A stretch of 37,201 nucleotides of DNA, taken from the IMG/VR virus record IMGVR_UViG_3300032253_000227, positions 1-37,201 of that record; one strand, written 5' to 3'. The translations under genes and the position numbers were made by a program. This stretch comes from a virus. Taxonomy: Duplodnaviria > Caudoviricetes. Positions within the stretch are counted from its first letter, which is position 1. Each line of letters begins with the position of its first letter. Below are positions 34,578 to 37,201 of this stretch, one piece after another. The notes under the pieces are model-generated. The model did no database searches and had not been told where the DNA came from. It saw only the letters and a list, made by a program, of their open reading frames with translations.

Positions 34578-34904
34578 CTACTCCTCACTTAAAATATCAG
34601 AAACAATGTCGTCAGCCTGTGCCGAGATATTGACAAGATAGGTGTCAATGGCATCAAGGCCGGTTGTACAAACCTTCCTGATTGTCTCGGTAGAAGGTTC
34701 ATCGCCTTCAAAAACAAACTCCCAAAAACACATGTTTTCTTCAGGATCAGGTTGGATATCTGAAAAAACAAAACCGGCGGCCCCACCTGTCTCACGTCCC
34801 CATTTGGCCCGAAAAACGGGAACCTGCATGTGGAAAATGTAACCTTGAGCGGTGAACGGGTCTTCACCAACTATCCAGCGGCAGGGCGGGGTGATTTCTG
34901 ACAT
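34578..34904 (-). CDS. Acidic hypothetical protein
   Basis: AAGGA RBS; about 20 D/E vs 6 K/R by hand count. Confidence 0.75.
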   Translation of the reverse strand: MSEITPPCRWIVGEDPFTAQGYIFHMQVPVFRAKWGRETGGAAGFVFSDIQPDPEENMCFWEFVFEGDEPSTETIRKVCTTGLDAIDTYLVNISAQADDIVSDILSEE

Positions 34905-34917
34905 CGGCTTTCCTTAG

Positions 34918-34942
34918 AATAAAAGGCGGGGTTGCCCCCGCC
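34918..34942 (-). terminator. Intrinsic terminator-like hairpin within the moron
   Basis: GGCGGGG-GCAA-CCCCGCC-TTTTATT on the minus strand. Confidence 0.75.
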
Positions 34943-34949
34943 AGTTTCG

Positions 34950-35312
34950 TTAAATTGAAATTTCTTCGGCTTGTTCTGGATAATATAAGTCTTCAACATC
35001 TCCAACAAAAATCCCATAAACAACTTCGGTTGGGGAGACCCAGTAAGTCTCTACACCGGGGTGAGTGTGAGCCACATAGACTTGATCCATGTTGAAAGGC
35101 AAAATCATTTCAGGGGTTGGTTCATCATTTGTTTTGATCCAGCAATCGCTTGTCCGCAGTTTGATCAAATATACCTTTTCGCCCTCTTCCAGATCATAGG
35201 TTGGCAATAAAGCTGCAATCATATCTTCTTTTGAGGTAGCCGCCTCAATTACCGCATCTTCTTCAATGTGGTCATAATCTGAAACGTCATGTGTAAAGTA
35301 AAAATTTGTCAT
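34950..35312 (-). CDS. Highly acidic hypothetical protein (candidate anti-defence/DNA mimic)
   Basis: AAGGAGG RBS; about 26 D/E vs 5 K/R by hand count. Confidence 0.8.
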   Translation of the reverse strand: MTNFYFTHDVSDYDHIEEDAVIEAATSKEDMIAALLPTYDLEEGEKVYLIKLRTSDCWIKTNDEPTPEMILPFNMDQVYVAHTHPGVETYWVSPTEVVYGIFVGDVEDLYYPEQAEEISI

Positions 35313-35363
35313 TTTAATCGGGCCTCCTTGCCCTGTATATGGCTGGGGCTTATCCCCTTGCCT

Positions 35364-35403
35364 ATGCCCTAAATTTAGGACATTACGCTTATATTGTCAA
35401 TAT
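35364..35403 (-). promoter_or_regulatory. Strong sigma70 promoter covered by two palindromes
   Basis: TTGACA (35400-35395), 17 bp, TAAATT (35377-35372); palindromes ATGCCCTAAATTTAGGACAT (35364-35383) and ATATTGTCAATAT (35391-35403); A/T-rich UP-like tract. Confidence 0.8.
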
Positions 35404-35426
35404 GTTTTTTTAATTATTTTACACTA

Positions 35427-35771
35427 TTACTTCTGGCGGCATTTGACATCGATTGTGTACAGTTTTTTACGCCCGCCCGAGAGGTAGGTACCGGCTGTGA
35501 TACTGCTCTCGCGGATCATTTGGGTTGATTTACATTTCTCTGAAAGAAAGTCGGAGATGGCGCGCGCCCGATCCTGTTTTTTTTCTAAGTCATAATTCAT
35601 GCCGAAGCCATTTATAATTGAAAACCGATAGTCATATCCAGCCTCGGTGGCGGGCTCAATCCGAACCACACCTTGGCTCAGTAACATGCCACGATCATTG
35701 GCGGCGGAGCAACCGGTAAGGATTGTGGCTATAAAAAACGCGGGGATAAGATTGCGGAATGTTTTTTTCAT
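35427..35771 (-). CDS. Lipoprotein, candidate superinfection exclusion
   Basis: MKKTFRNLIPAFFIATILTG-C lipobox; two further Cys; divergent from the integrase. Confidence 0.7.
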   Translation of the reverse strand: MKKTFRNLIPAFFIATILTGCSAANDRGMLLSQGVVRIEPATEAGYDYRFSIINGFGMNYDLEKKQDRARAISDFLSEKCKSTQMIRESSITAGTYLSGGRKKLYTIDVKCRQK

Positions 35772-35878
35772 GGAAGAACTGTAATCACTGGTTTTATTGA
35801 TTGTCAAGTTTCCCCCGTTTTTATTGTCTGCTTTCAAAATTCATTTTAAATTAAGGTCATATACTCTAATTAGTGAGT

Positions 35879-37201
35879 ATGGCCCAAATCCGTAAAGTAA
35901 AAAACCGACCGCGTAGAGACGGCACACAGAAGACTTCCTACATCCTCGATTATGTGGATGCTGAGGGGGTTCGCCAGCGCCCGCAGTTTGATAGCCGCAG
36001 TTCTGCGACGGCCGCGCGTGATAAAATGATGGCGGCAAGGTTCGCGGGATCCAGTCAATTGGATTGTTATCTCTTTGAAGAAGCGTCCGAGGATTATCTC
36101 AAAATTTGTGAAAAAATTGGCCGCGACGGAAGGCAGCCAGTTGATCCAGAGACAGCGCGCGATTATCGAAAATGTCTTGAAAATCACGTTTTGAAGAAGA
36201 TCGGGCAAGTGGATGTTGCGAATATCACGCCACCGGATGTCGTGAATTTTCGCGACTGGTTGATCACTGAAAGCGGGGCAGGTAATGAGACAATTCGCAA
36301 AGCGTTCCTGCATTATAAAGGCGTTCTGCAAGAAGCCTATAACCGTGGCCGGATCAAAACGCACGCTTGGGGTGGCGTAAAACTTCATTTGAAAGAGTTA
36401 TCTGCGCCTGCTAGCCATCACTTTGATGACGAGTTTGGGGATGTGGCCTCAAAAATTCCGAGCCGCGATGAGGCCGCGCATTTGTTGGATGTTGCAAGAG
36501 AGTTGCGGTTGGATCCGCGTCGATTGATGGGGTGGGATTCTGAGGAATCTGCCAAAAGGCCGTGGCAAAAGTATAGCCCGAGCTCGGGGCCAAGGGGCTG
36601 GCAAGAGGTACAGTCAGCTTGGCAAAAATACTATGTGCTGATTTTGTTAGCTCTGTTAACCGGATTGCGCCAGGGCGAAATCCGGGCCCTAAAGTGGGAA
36701 AGCCTCAAACTTGGTAAAGGTCTACTTTATGTCCGTCATGCGGCCAGCAATGGTGGTCGCATCAAGTCTCCTAAAACTCAAGCTGGTTATCGGGTGCTGG
36801 ATTTGTCTGATGTGCTTGTGGCTGAGCTTCGGGGTTGGTATAAAATCTGTCCAAAATCCGAGCTGGTGTTTCCGACGGGTACCGGAAAGTTGGAGAGTAA
36901 GAGCAATTTATATCAACGGTGCTGGAGGCGGCTGGTGGTATATGCCCAGGTTGAGGGCGACTATACGTTCCACGGCTTGCGTCATTATTTTGCATCAACT
37001 ATGATCGCTGCGGACTTTGGGCCGAAAGAGGTCCAAAAAGAAATGGGACACGCAGATATCCAAACGACGTTTAATGTGTATGGCCATTTGTTTCCCGAAG
37101 ATCGACATAAGAGACGGATTGCCAAGCAAAAATTGTCAGACGAGTTGATATCTTTATCTGTATCCAAGGCAATTATGAGTAGCCCTCCGGCAGTTAAATG
37201 A
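35879..37201 (+). CDS. int: Tyrosine integrase
   Basis: TGLRQGE (R), PKT (K), FHGLRH (HxxR), MGHAD (H), VYGH (Y); N-terminal arm-binding-like domain. Confidence 0.96.
   Translation: MAQIRKVKNRPRRDGTQKTSYILDYVDAEGVRQRPQFDSRSSATAARDKMMAARFAGSSQLDCYLFEEASEDYLKICEKIGRDGRQPVDPETARDYRKCLENHVLKKIGQVDVANITPPDVVNFRDWLITESGAGNETIRKAFLHYKGVLQEAYNRGRIKTHAWGGVKLHLKELSAPASHHFDDEFGDVASKIPSRDEAAHLLDVARELRLDPRRLMGWDSEESAKRPWQKYSPSSGPRGWQEVQSAWQKYYVLILLALLTGLRQGEIRALKWESLKLGKGLLYVRHAASNGGRIKSPKTQAGYRVLDLSDVLVAELRGWYKICPKSELVFPTGTGKLESKSNLYQRCWRRLVVYAQVEGDYTFHGLRHYFASTMIAADFGPKEVQKEMGHADIQTTFNVYGHLFPEDRHKRRIAKQKLSDELISLSVSKAIMSSPPAVK

Larger units (their letters stand above)
1..37201. mobile_element. Temperate siphovirus prophage, apparently complete
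   Basis: Lysogeny, replication, packaging, head, tail and lysis modules in canonical order; integrase at the right end and excisionase-like gene at the left end, convergent if circularised. Confidence 0.93.

Noticed and set aside
35870-36388. 172-aa antisense ORF within the integrase
   Set aside because: Shadow of the integrase frame with no independent support
1-37201. attL/attR direct repeats at the window ends
   Set aside because: No shared sequence visible; the window stops at the xis-like and int stop codons, so att cores probably lie just outside

Overview
The window appears to be one essentially complete ~37 kb temperate siphovirus prophage, most likely from an alphaproteobacterial host (inferred from GcrA-like, DUF6456/GafA-like and BTLCP-like genes). 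Left to right it contains: a leftward early operon (putative excisionase, adenine and cytosine DNA methyltransferases, a GcrA C-terminal-like miniprotein, an XRE regulator, a LapG/BTLCP-like protease); a CI-like repressor; a rightward replication operon (HD hydrolase, P-loop helicase) followed by a palindromic iteron array that is probably the origin; a late activator; an unusual fibre module placed before the terminase; lambda-like packaging genes with a Mu gpT-type capsid; a non-contractile tail with a G/G-T frameshift; a lysis cassette ending in an alpha/beta hydrolase; a leftward moron of acidic small ORFs plus an HTH gene under an operator-covered promoter (acr-aca-like); a lipoprotein; and a tyrosine integrase. 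No rRNA, tRNA, CRISPR array or att core repeat was seen. All family assignments are by eye from motifs and gene order; no searches were run.
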